This document shows, one piece after another, positions 8,196-17,039 of a stretch of DNA of 30,325 nucleotides. How positions within the stretch are numbered: the stretch's first letter is position 1; every line of letters starts with the position of its first letter. Source of the stretch: a virus (lineage: Duplodnaviria > Caudoviricetes). The position numbers were made by a program, and so were the translations under genes. Location: positions 1-30,325 of IMG/VR virus record IMGVR_UViG_3300030332_000935; one strand, 5' to 3'. Under the pieces are notes generated by a model, which saw nothing but the letters and a program-made list of their open reading frames with translations, did no database searches and had not been told where the DNA came from.

Positions 8196-8814
8196 GTTCT
8201 CAGGCATCGTGCGTGACGCCTTTGCAGCAAGGGGGCATGATGCATGGAGTTGCGACATAATCCCAACCGAGAGTCCAGGCAAGCACTACGAAGGTCGTGT
8301 GCAGGACATCATACCTAGTTGGTATGTTCCATTGAACCCCATTCGGAAGACACGCTCTGCTCCGAAATGGGACTTGATGATAGCGCACCCGCCCTGCACC
8401 TACCTATCTGTAAGTGGCTCGAGATGGCTATACAACAAAGACGGGAGCAAGAACGAGGAGAGATGGGAGAAGCGAGAAGAGGCATTGGACTTCGTGCGAT
8501 TTCTCATGGACGCACCGATAGAGCGTATCTGTGTGGAGAACCCAGTCTCAGTAATCGCCTCGCAGATACGCAAGTCCGACCAACTCATTCATCCGTGGGA
8601 GCACGGCCACCCGGAGGAGAAGCGGACCTGTCTTTGGTTGAAGAACCTACCAAAGTTGGAGCCCACGGACATCGTCTACGATGAGATGATGGAACTGCCG
8701 AAAAAGGAACGCCACCGGATTTGGTGGATGGGTTCGAGCAAGAGCAAGGAACGCTCCATATTCTATCCAGGCATCGCTGATGCTATGGCAGAGCAGTGGG
8801 GGAGATTACTATGA
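8170..8814 (+). CDS. Short phage-type DNA cytosine-C5 methyltransferase
   Basis: LVACEFSG (motif I variant), HPPC (IV), VENP (VI) and C-terminal GIADAMAEQWG. Confidence 0.82.
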   Translation: MARILVACEFSGIVRDAFAARGHDAWSCDIIPTESPGKHYEGRVQDIIPSWYVPLNPIRKTRSAPKWDLMIAHPPCTYLSVSGSRWLYNKDGSKNEERWEKREEALDFVRFLMDAPIERICVENPVSVIASQIRKSDQLIHPWEHGHPEEKRTCLWLKNLPKLEPTDIVYDEMMELPKKERHRIWWMGSSKSKERSIFYPGIADAMAEQWGRLL

Positions 8815-9047
8815 GAGCAAAGAGTCAGAAGCACGCGGAATATGAGATTGTAGGAGCAATACTACACCAATTCTCATTCGCTGAGATATTCACAACGCTG
8901 GGCCCAAGAGATGACCCAGTAGCATACGATAGGGTGACGAAAGCCGCCCGGAAATTACGAGATGAGTTCGATAGGAAACGAGAGAAACTGAGGAAATACC
9001 TACCAGAAGACCATGTAGACTATTTAGGAAAAGGAGAAGAAATATGA
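8811..9047 (+). CDS. Hypothetical protein
   Basis: ATGA overlap at 8811 (MRAKSQK…). Confidence 0.7.
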   Translation: MRAKSQKHAEYEIVGAILHQFSFAEIFTTLGPRDDPVAYDRVTKAARKLRDEFDRKREKLRKYLPEDHVDYLGKGEEI

Positions 9048-9355
9048 GCATAAGTGATAGATTAAACGAGATAGAAGAACAGACGAAAATGCTAGCACAG
9101 CAAGCACAGGTGCTAGAGGAGAGTAAGAGGGCCTACGAAGGTCTCTTAGAGTGCGAGGTTCATGACCATTTATGGAAACTAGGGGGAGTAGTCAGTAGTC
9201 TTAGAGAGGTTTTCTCAATGGACATCTCGTGCGAGAGATGTGGGTCCCTAGCGGTCTTCGGTATTGCACGCCAAAATGCTTCGCAGCAGCCTCTACCAAT
9301 TGAACATCAGACAGGGGTATACTTGAGCAACCTCATCCCAGAGGAGGACGAGTGA
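9044..9355 (+). CDS. Hypothetical protein (coiled coil plus Zn motif)
   Basis: Heptad-like N-terminus; CEVHDH…CERCG. Confidence 0.7.
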   Translation: MSISDRLNEIEEQTKMLAQQAQVLEESKRAYEGLLECEVHDHLWKLGGVVSSLREVFSMDISCERCGSLAVFGIARQNASQQPLPIEHQTGVYLSNLIPEEDE

Positions 9356-9670
9356 ATGGACCAATACGCCAAATTGAGTGTCTTCCACCTTTGGGAAGAT
9401 GGTAAGGTGCACATCAAAGAACCAGGACTTATCTTGCCTAATTCCTATGCAAGGACACTGAAAAGCATGACCGTCAAGGGAACCGAATACGAAGTGCAAC
9501 GCGTCGTTAAGGCTCTTGAAGAGGAGGGGTTCGGATACCAAAGACGGAGGAAGGCCTGCTGTAACGGGGCTGTGGACAGTCACCGGATATTGGTGGTCAC
9601 CAAGCCCTATTACATCACTCCCTGCTACGACTGCGAAGTGTGGCCACATTGGTCGAGGTTGATGGCATGA
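9356..9670 (+). CDS. Hypothetical protein
   Basis: Coupled to neighbours; CC…CYDC motif. Confidence 0.65.
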   Translation: MDQYAKLSVFHLWEDGKVHIKEPGLILPNSYARTLKSMTVKGTEYEVQRVVKALEEEGFGYQRRRKACCNGAVDSHRILVVTKPYYITPCYDCEVWPHWSRLMA

Positions 9671-10338
9671 CTGAAGAACATTGGGAACCCACAGAGGAAG
9701 ACCTAGAGTGGACTAGAGGTGTCGTTGAGAACCTCGAGATGAATCAAGACTGGATGGAGGGGGAGATGGCATTCCGCAGAACAGGAGACACCACTCTCAC
9801 CCTCCTCACTAGAACCGAGAGAGCAGAGAAGGCAGCAGATAGGGTTTACATGGTGTTGCAAACGATAGGGTGGAAATTAGATGAGTCCCAAGCCAAGATA
9901 ATTCCCGATGACCCCCAACTAGCCGCTGAGATGATGCAGAAGGAGGCCCTATCATGGATGTGCCCTGCCTGCACAACAGTCCCAGTGGTCAATATGGCCC
10001 TAGAGAATGGAGAGTGGCAAGTCCTAGGTAACACCCAGTATGTGGGTGAGGATGGAGAGACTACGGAAGTGGCGAGATGGGTCGTGGGACTCGTCTGCGA
10101 CTGCGGGGAGGGGGTCTATCTCGCCCCCGATGACTACTACCTCATCGCGGGTGAAGCCCTCTTCTACACTTGGGAGGGCTGGGTCCCCATCCATCCCGAA
10201 CAGATTTGTGAGGCAGTAGATAAAGGATATTGGGAAGACCTATATGCTCGCCCCCTTGGTAGCAGTCGGGGCGGGAAACCTGTCCCACTGCACATGAGGG
10301 GACTCATGTGTGTAAGAGGAAAAGAGGAGGAAGAGTAA
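9667..10338 (+). CDS. Hypothetical acidic protein with Zn-ribbon cysteines
   Basis: ATG 9667 (MTEEHWEPT…); CPAC…CDCG; EEEE* end. Confidence 0.75.
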   Translation: MTEEHWEPTEEDLEWTRGVVENLEMNQDWMEGEMAFRRTGDTTLTLLTRTERAEKAADRVYMVLQTIGWKLDESQAKIIPDDPQLAAEMMQKEALSWMCPACTTVPVVNMALENGEWQVLGNTQYVGEDGETTEVARWVVGLVCDCGEGVYLAPDDYYLIAGEALFYTWEGWVPIHPEQICEAVDKGYWEDLYARPLGSSRGGKPVPLHMRGLMCVRGKEEEE

Positions 10339-10595
10339 TGAGAACTAGAAGACTACGACAACAGATAAAGAAATACCTAGAAAAGCATGGTGAGTGCAAT
10401 ACGCACCAGATTCAAGAGCACTTGAACTCGACCATGAGGCACGGCACAACCCCCCAGCAATTGGGGAATGTGCTGTCCAAGGATAAGGACATAGTGAAGG
10501 TCGCCACAACCAGGCGCGGGGGCGCGGTGAGTGGCTCTTACAACATATGCATATGGGCACTCGCGCCCGCATACGCGCCCGCTGCGGACGAGTGA
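10338..10595 (+). CDS. DUF3860-like winged-helix nucleic-acid-binding protein
   Basis: NSTMRHGTTPQQLGNVLSKDKDIVKV…SGSYNICIWA matches, from memory, the DUF3860 family seen in Marine Group II archaea. TAATG overlap with the upstream gene. Confidence 0.8.
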   Translation: MRTRRLRQQIKKYLEKHGECNTHQIQEHLNSTMRHGTTPQQLGNVLSKDKDIVKVATTRRGGAVSGSYNICIWALAPAYAPAADE

Positions 10596-10744
10596 TACGC
10601 GTGGGCGGGCTTACGCGCCAGCGCACGCACTGCGATGACTGCGGTGTGCTAATCACCAACAACAACACCATGACAAATCTCGACAGTGCTACTAAATGTG
10701 GGAAATGTTACCTCGCTGCTAAGCAAAAGCAGAGGCAAGGTTAA
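10592..10744 (+). CDS. Zinc-finger microprotein (50 aa)
   Basis: GTGA overlap; CDDCG…CGKC. Confidence 0.6.
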   Translation: MIRVGGLTRQRTHCDDCGVLITNNNTMTNLDSATKCGKCYLAAKQKQRQG

Positions 10745-10746
10745 AC
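10731..10746 (+). promoter_or_regulatory. Putative archaeal BRE/TATA promoter for the replication module
   Basis: Purine run followed by TTAAAC at 10741, 28 nt before ATG 10769, in one of the few intergenic gaps. Confidence 0.45.
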
Positions 10747-10768
10747 CCCTACTCAAGGTGGTCAACCC

Positions 10769-12112
10769 ATGAGGCTGGATGACGCTGCTATTCTAGTGAC
10801 TGCTGTAAACACAGCAGAGAGCAGAGAGCAAGAGAGATTACTCTATGACTTCTTAGTGGAGAACAAAGAGGAGATTGAGGAGTTCTGCTCCCTGTTGTAC
10901 GGACCAGCCCTCCTCAAGCCCGAACATGTGATGAGCGCTTTGCACAGAGGACTGGGTATGTTCCCCGAGGAGTTTGAACTCATAGAGGGAGCACCATTGG
11001 TCCCTGCACTAGTGTCAGAGTCACCGGATGAGTGTGAGGACAATATGACGATTCCGGAGGCCCTATCATGTATCTCAGAACTGAAGACAATAGAGACTGC
11101 TCCAGACATAAAAACCATCTTCGCTAAGATGGATAAGAGGTCAGCCGAAGCCCTATGGTGCAGAGCCCTCGGGGAACGCCCTGTTTTGTCCCGTAAGAGG
11201 CTGCTCAGGGCCGTTGCACATGGTGGAGGTAACTATGCTCCGGAGAGGCTTACAAGTGCTCTATCTGTGGAGAATATCTCAGTGGTTATCACGCGTGCGA
11301 TAGATGAGACCCTTTCTGACGAGTTCCGCATCCAACCAGGCCACCCATTCAGAGCCCCATCGTTCGCTCCTTGGAAATACTGGTCTGTCCCATTCCTTCA
11401 CACTTACTATGAGATTGTATCAGGTCCGCGCAGGTACGCACACCAATATCAAGGGGGAATCTTCGTGTATGACGGAATGGGGGAAATCCTCCCGAACGCC
11501 CCAGCCGATATAGTCATCGGTGGAGATTGTGTGGCTTTGGTGGATGAAGGGGGAAATGTGTTGGAGTGGCTCCACACAGAGGCCAACCCCGACCAATGGG
11601 AGATGGTATACGAGGGGAGGGCCACCAACCCTCAGAAAATTAGAGATGCTGCCCATCTCCGAGTCCTATCCCAAGGCCTAGAGAACGGGGATGTCCTTAG
11701 GCTGTATGACGGAGATAAACCACATTTTCATGGCCAACACAGAGGGGGCTTCATCCAACCCAAGAGAATCTACGAGATGCCACTGCTCATAACCCAGGCT
11801 CGGGAACAGACTGATGGGGATTGGGTGGACTTGAGAATAGAGGCCCTAGACGGTTTCGACCCGACCCCCGTGGGCTATGCTCATGTAAAGCGAGAAACCC
11901 TCCCCGATAACCCCATACTCACAGAAGCCTGTAAGAGGAAGGTGTGGACGGAACTCGAACCACCACTAATTGGGCTGTTTCACGCCCTACGCTGTAGGGA
12001 CCACAAACTCGAGGGGGCATATCTCGTGAGCGTAGACACAACACTGGGAATGAGCGACGCCCTGCAATACACCGACATCATAGAGAGGGAAGGGAATGGA
12101 CAGGCACGATGA
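10769..12112 (+). CDS. ATP-dependent DNA ligase homologue, catalytic motifs degenerate
   Basis: Helical N-terminal domain; PGHPFRAP (~P..PMLA); EIVSGPRRYAH where ExKxDGxRxxxH is expected; OB-like C-terminus (LEPPLI…LVSVDTTL…DA). Confidence 0.6.
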   Translation: MRLDDAAILVTAVNTAESREQERLLYDFLVENKEEIEEFCSLLYGPALLKPEHVMSALHRGLGMFPEEFELIEGAPLVPALVSESPDECEDNMTIPEALSCISELKTIETAPDIKTIFAKMDKRSAEALWCRALGERPVLSRKRLLRAVAHGGGNYAPERLTSALSVENISVVITRAIDETLSDEFRIQPGHPFRAPSFAPWKYWSVPFLHTYYEIVSGPRRYAHQYQGGIFVYDGMGEILPNAPADIVIGGDCVALVDEGGNVLEWLHTEANPDQWEMVYEGRATNPQKIRDAAHLRVLSQGLENGDVLRLYDGDKPHFHGQHRGGFIQPKRIYEMPLLITQAREQTDGDWVDLRIEALDGFDPTPVGYAHVKRETLPDNPILTEACKRKVWTELEPPLIGLFHALRCRDHKLEGAYLVSVDTTLGMSDALQYTDIIEREGNGQAR

Positions 12113-12455
12113 TTTCTTTCTCGCGTGGTTGGCTCGAGACGCCCGTTTCCAAGCCAGTATCCACTTTTCCCCCAAGAGGCGACTGGGCTACAAGGTACAC
12201 CGAAAACTTTATACTAGTATGACGGACGAGGCCGCGCTGAATCTGTGGCTTGCCTCTAAGGGGGTACACGGTAGGGTCTTGAGGGACAAGGTCCAGATAC
12301 AGAGGGTCCTCTCGCTCCTAGCACCAGTATGGGAGGCTGTGAAGGACAGGGGTAACCTGCAGAAGTTGTTGCTCACCATAGACGCACCAACCGCACGCAA
12401 ACTGAATCACGCCGACATCTCTGAACTTGTGAAGCAGTTCGAGGAGATAGTATAA
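12096..12455 (+). CDS. Single-motif LAGLIDADG-like protein, degenerate
   Basis: FFLAWLARDARFQASI…LGYKV follows the I-CreI-type helix1/beta layout. Confidence 0.5.
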   Translation: MDRHDDFFLAWLARDARFQASIHFSPKRRLGYKVHRKLYTSMTDEAALNLWLASKGVHGRVLRDKVQIQRVLSLLAPVWEAVKDRGNLQKLLLTIDAPTARKLNHADISELVKQFEEIV

Positions 12456-12476
12456 GCACCTGGGGTACATCGGAGG
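12445..12476 (+). promoter_or_regulatory. Putative TATA box and SD upstream of RFC
   Basis: TATAAG at 12451-12456, GGAGG at 12472-12476, ATG at 12483. Confidence 0.4.
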
Positions 12477-12482
12477 ATTTCC

Positions 12483-13424
12483 ATGCTGACATTCGAGGAC
12501 TTGATTGGGAGTGATGATTCCACCCACCCTATCTACAAGGCGAAGGCCATGGTAGTGGAGGGTAATATCCCCGACCTCCTGTTAGTGGGCCCTCCAGGCA
12601 CAGGGAAGACCTCTACAGCACTAGCAATAGGGCAAGCCCTAGATGCTGATGTGTACGAGTTCAATGCCTCCGACGAGCGTGGTATAGATTTCATACGCAC
12701 GCGTGTGAAGCAGGTAGCAACACAGCGTGGCTACAGCGACATCACCATCATACTACTCGATGAGGCTGATGGTCTCACACGACCAGCCCAAGATGCCCTT
12801 CGCAGGACTATTGAGAAGGGTCATGCGCTGTTCATACTCACAGCCAACGAGGAGGCTAACATCATACCCGCGTTGCGCTCGCGCTGCCACACACTACACT
12901 TCAACCCATACGGGACTACCCATGTGCATGCGTTCCTGCAAAAGAACTTCAAACACCTATGTAAGTCGTCATATGGATGGAACGGGTACAATATCGACAA
13001 GATAGGTATGGCTTTCAATGGAGACCTTCGCAGTCTCGGCATAGCGGCCCAAACTGTGCAGGATGCTAGAGAACTCGAGAATATGGCTACTATCAAGGCA
13101 GAGATGCTATCAGCACCAGCACTTTCCATAGCCGGTGGAGATTGGAAGAATCTGAGAGAGGAACTCTATGCGCTCAATCAACCGGGCCGGAATATGCTCA
13201 CGATACTCAACATGTTGCACGATAGAGTGCGAGACCTAGACATGGAACCAGATAGGTTCCACCACTATTCCCAAGTATGGGGGGACGCAGTCCTTTCGAC
13301 CCATCAATGGCCTTTGGACAACAGAGGGTTTATTGACTGGTTTGTCGGGTCTCTGTCCCTCCCTAACGGGAGAGAAGAGAAGAATATGAGGAGTAGAAAT
13401 GAGCACGCTGAAAAAGGAAAATGA
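12483..13424 (+). CDS. rfcS: Replication factor C small subunit (clamp loader)
   Basis: GPPGTGKT, NASDERGID, LLDEAD, AQDALRR and the SRC motif (LRSRC). Confidence 0.93.
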   Translation: MLTFEDLIGSDDSTHPIYKAKAMVVEGNIPDLLLVGPPGTGKTSTALAIGQALDADVYEFNASDERGIDFIRTRVKQVATQRGYSDITIILLDEADGLTRPAQDALRRTIEKGHALFILTANEEANIIPALRSRCHTLHFNPYGTTHVHAFLQKNFKHLCKSSYGWNGYNIDKIGMAFNGDLRSLGIAAQTVQDARELENMATIKAEMLSAPALSIAGGDWKNLREELYALNQPGRNMLTILNMLHDRVRDLDMEPDRFHHYSQVWGDAVLSTHQWPLDNRGFIDWFVGSLSLPNGREEKNMRSRNEHAEKGK

Positions 13425-14733
13425 GAATAAAGAACAACTGCCGGAAGAGGTCCTAGAAAGATTACGCTGGTATGCTGAGCAACATAGCATCAGCGAGGGA
13501 AAGGCTGTAGAAGACTACCTTGCCTACATCGAAGAGCATCTCGGAATCGTGAACACTCACGAAGAAGACGATGACTTCCTAGTGGATGCCGCTGAGACCT
13601 TCGTGGTCGAAAGAAGGGTGATGACAGGGCCAGGAGGTAGTTCCACTGAATTGGTGGGATGCTTCGTGGGTGTTGAGCCTAAGATGCGAGACAAGCGAGA
13701 GAAGGTGAGGGAAACGGCCATCAATGCAGCGAGGCAAGACCTCAGTGCTGCTATTGAGAAGGGCACAGTCGCTAGAGCCTTCATTGAGGACGGAGTATGG
13801 ATGCTAGAGAAAGCCATGGGTATAGTAGCCTCCACCCAAGAGAGGGCGGAGGATGATGATGACCCTTGGTTCCTAGTTAGGGACGGCGGGATGACACTAG
13901 CCATCCTACAGGAAAACCCAGACTGGGCTAGGCACGGTGAGCCAATCACACCTTACCTCTACAGCAGGACATACCGATTCTACGGTAACTCACTCGAGAA
14001 GTTCGAGGATGACCTACAACTGTTTAGGGTTGATGTGACTGGTTCCACTGAGGATGCTGTATCACAACCAGTATCATTCGGTGAATCCTGTCGCATCAAG
14101 GTCAGACCACAGCCTGAGAATGTTAACCCAGGCTGGGAGGATATGTGGAGGGGAGTTAACAACTTCTTCAGACAAATCAACTACACCAACGACTTCGTGG
14201 ATGAGGATGACAGAGGATATCTCAAGGGCGATGTGCTAATGGGTGGAATGGACTGCAATGTAGGAGACCTATCCGACCTAATGGACATCTACCGTGAAGA
14301 GTCTGAGACTGTGGTTGGATTCGACAATCCAATCGGGCCTTTGGTTTGCATCAAAGGGAAGGTCACTGACATCAACCAAACAGGATACGATAGCGAGTAT
14401 GACCCCACGGGTATCAACTACACCATGAGAGTGTCTTCGTTCTCCCTACAGAGGGAGTTCGCCAACGACATGTGGCGTCAAGAGGTATCTATCAGGGTCC
14501 ACGGATTCCTAGGTCAAGACTGCCATGCCTTCGATTACAAAGGTAGGAAGGGGTGGAAGCCCTATGCAGTGAAGTCCACGGTCTACATCTTCGGCAGGTT
14601 AGGCCTGCGGGCTGTAGAAGACGGGGAAGCACCCGTAGTCAGGGCATTGGGTATCTATGCCCCACCAAGACTAGCAATACCCGCCGGTGAAGGTGGTAAC
14701 ACATCACTGGACCAGTTCGGGGGTGATGAGTGA
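13399..14733 (+). CDS. Putative ssDNA-binding (RPA-like OB-fold) protein
   Basis: OB-like strands (LVCIKGKVTDI; VYIFGRL), acidic composition, PIP-like C-terminus TSLDQF, and position between RFC and the recombinase. Confidence 0.55.
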   Translation: MSTLKKENENKEQLPEEVLERLRWYAEQHSISEGKAVEDYLAYIEEHLGIVNTHEEDDDFLVDAAETFVVERRVMTGPGGSSTELVGCFVGVEPKMRDKREKVRETAINAARQDLSAAIEKGTVARAFIEDGVWMLEKAMGIVASTQERAEDDDDPWFLVRDGGMTLAILQENPDWARHGEPITPYLYSRTYRFYGNSLEKFEDDLQLFRVDVTGSTEDAVSQPVSFGESCRIKVRPQPENVNPGWEDMWRGVNNFFRQINYTNDFVDEDDRGYLKGDVLMGGMDCNVGDLSDLMDIYREESETVVGFDNPIGPLVCIKGKVTDINQTGYDSEYDPTGINYTMRVSSFSLQREFANDMWRQEVSIRVHGFLGQDCHAFDYKGRKGWKPYAVKSTVYIFGRLGLRAVEDGEAPVVRALGIYAPPRLAIPAGEGGNTSLDQFGGDE

Positions 14734-14921
14734 TGGGGTTCTTCAAGAACATAGATATCATGCTACACAACGGTGATGATGACAAAACCATCGCTAAGTG
14801 GATTCGTGAGAATGCTAAAGACCCGAATATCAGCAAAGAGGAGTCGCTGAACATGGCCGCATCACTGAGGCACCACCATGATGATGAGAGGATTAACTTC
14901 TTTTGGAGGTTCAAAGAATGA
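14733..14921 (+). CDS. Hypothetical protein
   Basis: TGATG and ATGA overlaps at its two ends. Confidence 0.65.
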   Translation: MGFFKNIDIMLHNGDDDKTIAKWIRENAKDPNISKEESLNMAASLRHHHDDERINFFWRFKE

Positions 14922-15913
14922 GTGGCTTCAAGAATCTCAAGGATAAGGAGAAAGAGGAAACCAAGGAGAAAAAGGGAGTCCCTGGTCAAAAGCCACTGAA
15001 AAAGGGTAAGGTCCCTGCAACAGTGACCCACGACATAGTAGAAGAACCCAAGAGGCGTCGAGGTGACCAGTATTTCGCTGAGGAAATTGCACCTATTACT
15101 GGTGAGTTCGCTGGTATCGTAGGTGACGATGGGACCTGTAAGACGGCCATAATCCTCAACAGCATACCCAAGAAGGACGCTTGCGTTATCATAGATTTTG
15201 ATGGTGGAGGAGCAGCCTTGAGGGACGCCTTCTATGTGGATAGGAGGTCGGACTTCAAGTCAATCAACCCATGGGTCATGCAAGACGAGTCTCGAACCGC
15301 TTACCACTACCCTGCTACACACGACAAGGTCATGGAGATAGGGAAGGAGGCCCTGGTTTGGGCCAAGGACCAACTAGAGGAGGAGTATGAGGGGCAGAGG
15401 TTACACACAGTCCTAGTGACTGCAGTAGACCTTTGGGACTCATGTTGTATGGGCTGTATGTTCATCGAGGACCTAGGCACTGCCCCTGACGCCATCGGGG
15501 CTGTGATAAGCCCCCATGAGAAAGTGGGTATGAGGTTCAATTGGCAGATTCGCAGCACGCGATTCCACCAACTGACATCGCTGTGTCGAGAACTCACCCG
15601 CTTGGGCGTGAATGTCTACTACGAGACCCACTGGCAGTATGAACAGAAGGCTGATGGTACCTTGACTGGTGGTAAGAAGCCCCGATGGGAAAAGCAGACG
15701 AGCAACTATCTACACACCATCATCGAGACGACCAAGGCCAAGGTCCGTGACGAGGAAGGCTTCCCCACAGGGGAGACTAGGTATGAGGCCACATTCACCA
15801 AGGCTAGGAACCTACCTAACCTGCTGGATAAGACCCGCCTACTGATGAGTACCTATGACGACGACAAGCCACTCAAGTGGCATGGACTCCCTGAACTAAG
15901 TGGTGGTAAATGA
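14918..15913 (+). CDS. RecA/RadA (Sak4-like) family ATPase
   Basis: Walker A GDDGTCKT, IIDFDGG, VLVTAVD and VYYETH. Start ATG 14918. Confidence 0.72.
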   Translation: MSGFKNLKDKEKEETKEKKGVPGQKPLKKGKVPATVTHDIVEEPKRRRGDQYFAEEIAPITGEFAGIVGDDGTCKTAIILNSIPKKDACVIIDFDGGGAALRDAFYVDRRSDFKSINPWVMQDESRTAYHYPATHDKVMEIGKEALVWAKDQLEEEYEGQRLHTVLVTAVDLWDSCCMGCMFIEDLGTAPDAIGAVISPHEKVGMRFNWQIRSTRFHQLTSLCRELTRLGVNVYYETHWQYEQKADGTLTGGKKPRWEKQTSNYLHTIIETTKAKVRDEEGFPTGETRYEATFTKARNLPNLLDKTRLLMSTYDDDKPLKWHGLPELSGGK

Positions 15914-16179
15914 TGGAAGTCAGACAGATTGTATGGCATAACCCAGGCGAGGACATTGGTGTCTCTCTGACGGACCCAAACTGTCCTGCATGTGAGGGTG
16001 GTGGGATAGTAGGTGAGTATGTCTACTATGAGGACGATGGGACTGAGTGTAGAGAACCTGATTTCTGCTTCTGTACGGACTACATTGGCCCCAACCGAAA
16101 AGATTATTACATAGTAATAGGCGAGGCACCGCCAAAATCGGGGTACTGCTCTAAGGAGGGAGGAGTATCACCCGAGTGA
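15910..16179 (+). CDS. Zinc-finger protein
   Basis: CPACEGGG…FCFC. Confidence 0.7.
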   Translation: MMEVRQIVWHNPGEDIGVSLTDPNCPACEGGGIVGEYVYYEDDGTECREPDFCFCTDYIGPNRKDYYIVIGEAPPKSGYCSKEGGVSPE

Positions 16180-16934
16180 ACATCGGGAAGGAAGCATTCA
16201 TCTCTTTGCTACATGGATTCGGACCAGGGGTGGCTGACCTCAGACTTGATGCAAGGGACATGTCCCTCATTGGGACTGTCGCACTCAGGACACACATGTT
16301 GCACACTAGAGTGAGCGCTGATGTTGAGGCACCGGGTCCAATAATCATCTCAGACCTAGGCAAACTCTTGACATTCGTCAAGGCCCTACCCAAGGAGTCC
16401 ATGGTGGCAATACGAGCACTCGAGGGGACCCCTCTGCGTGTCCTCTCGGGCAATGTGGACCTCACCCTTCCCCTCAGTGACTATGTCCACTCCGCTGCTA
16501 ATGTGAGGGTGAGTAAGGCCATGGCTCTCAAGGAGGACAGTGAGAGGGACAACTGGAAACACTGGGCGGGGACACCCCTGCCATGTGTTGGTAGGTTGCA
16601 CACTTCTGACCTCATGCAGGTACAGACTCTCGAGAAGATAGTGGGGAAGAACCACTCCATCACCACTCACTTCTCTGCTGAGGACAAGACTTGGAACATC
16701 TCTGCAGGTGAGAAGGGGGGCGCTAACATGACAGTCAGTGTGGGTATGGAAGACTGCAGCAATGATGATGGGAACGATATTGCTAGGTCAAGTTTCGGTG
16801 GCTGGTTCCCAAGTGTAATCAACTGCCTCCCTCCAGGGGTGGTAGAACTATACACCGCGCACAAGTTTGTGCTGATACTGCGCCACACAGAGAAGGAGCA
16901 CCTGCTAGTTATCCTAGACCAAAGGAGTGATTGA
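16176..16934 (+). CDS. Divergent DNA sliding clamp (PCNA-like)
   Basis: 252 aa with two repeated alpha/beta halves; lies next to PolB and in the same module as RFC. Confidence 0.6.
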   Translation: MNIGKEAFISLLHGFGPGVADLRLDARDMSLIGTVALRTHMLHTRVSADVEAPGPIIISDLGKLLTFVKALPKESMVAIRALEGTPLRVLSGNVDLTLPLSDYVHSAANVRVSKAMALKEDSERDNWKHWAGTPLPCVGRLHTSDLMQVQTLEKIVGKNHSITTHFSAEDKTWNISAGEKGGANMTVSVGMEDCSNDDGNDIARSSFGGWFPSVINCLPPGVVELYTAHKFVLILRHTEKEHLLVILDQRSD

Positions 16935-17039
16935 ATGAAGGTCGTTAGTTGCTTCTGTGGTTGGCAGGGAGTTGATGCCCGAAAATGCCCGACATGTGGT
17001 AGAGAGATTGCTCCGAGATGTGATGGGTGTTCAGAATGA
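16935..17039 (+). CDS. Zinc-finger micropeptide (34 aa, not in track)
   Basis: MKVVSCFCGW…CPTCG…CDGCSE*; GGAGTGA SD; stop overlaps the PolB ATG. Confidence 0.65.
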   Translation: MKVVSCFCGWQGVDARKCPTCGREIAPRCDGCSE

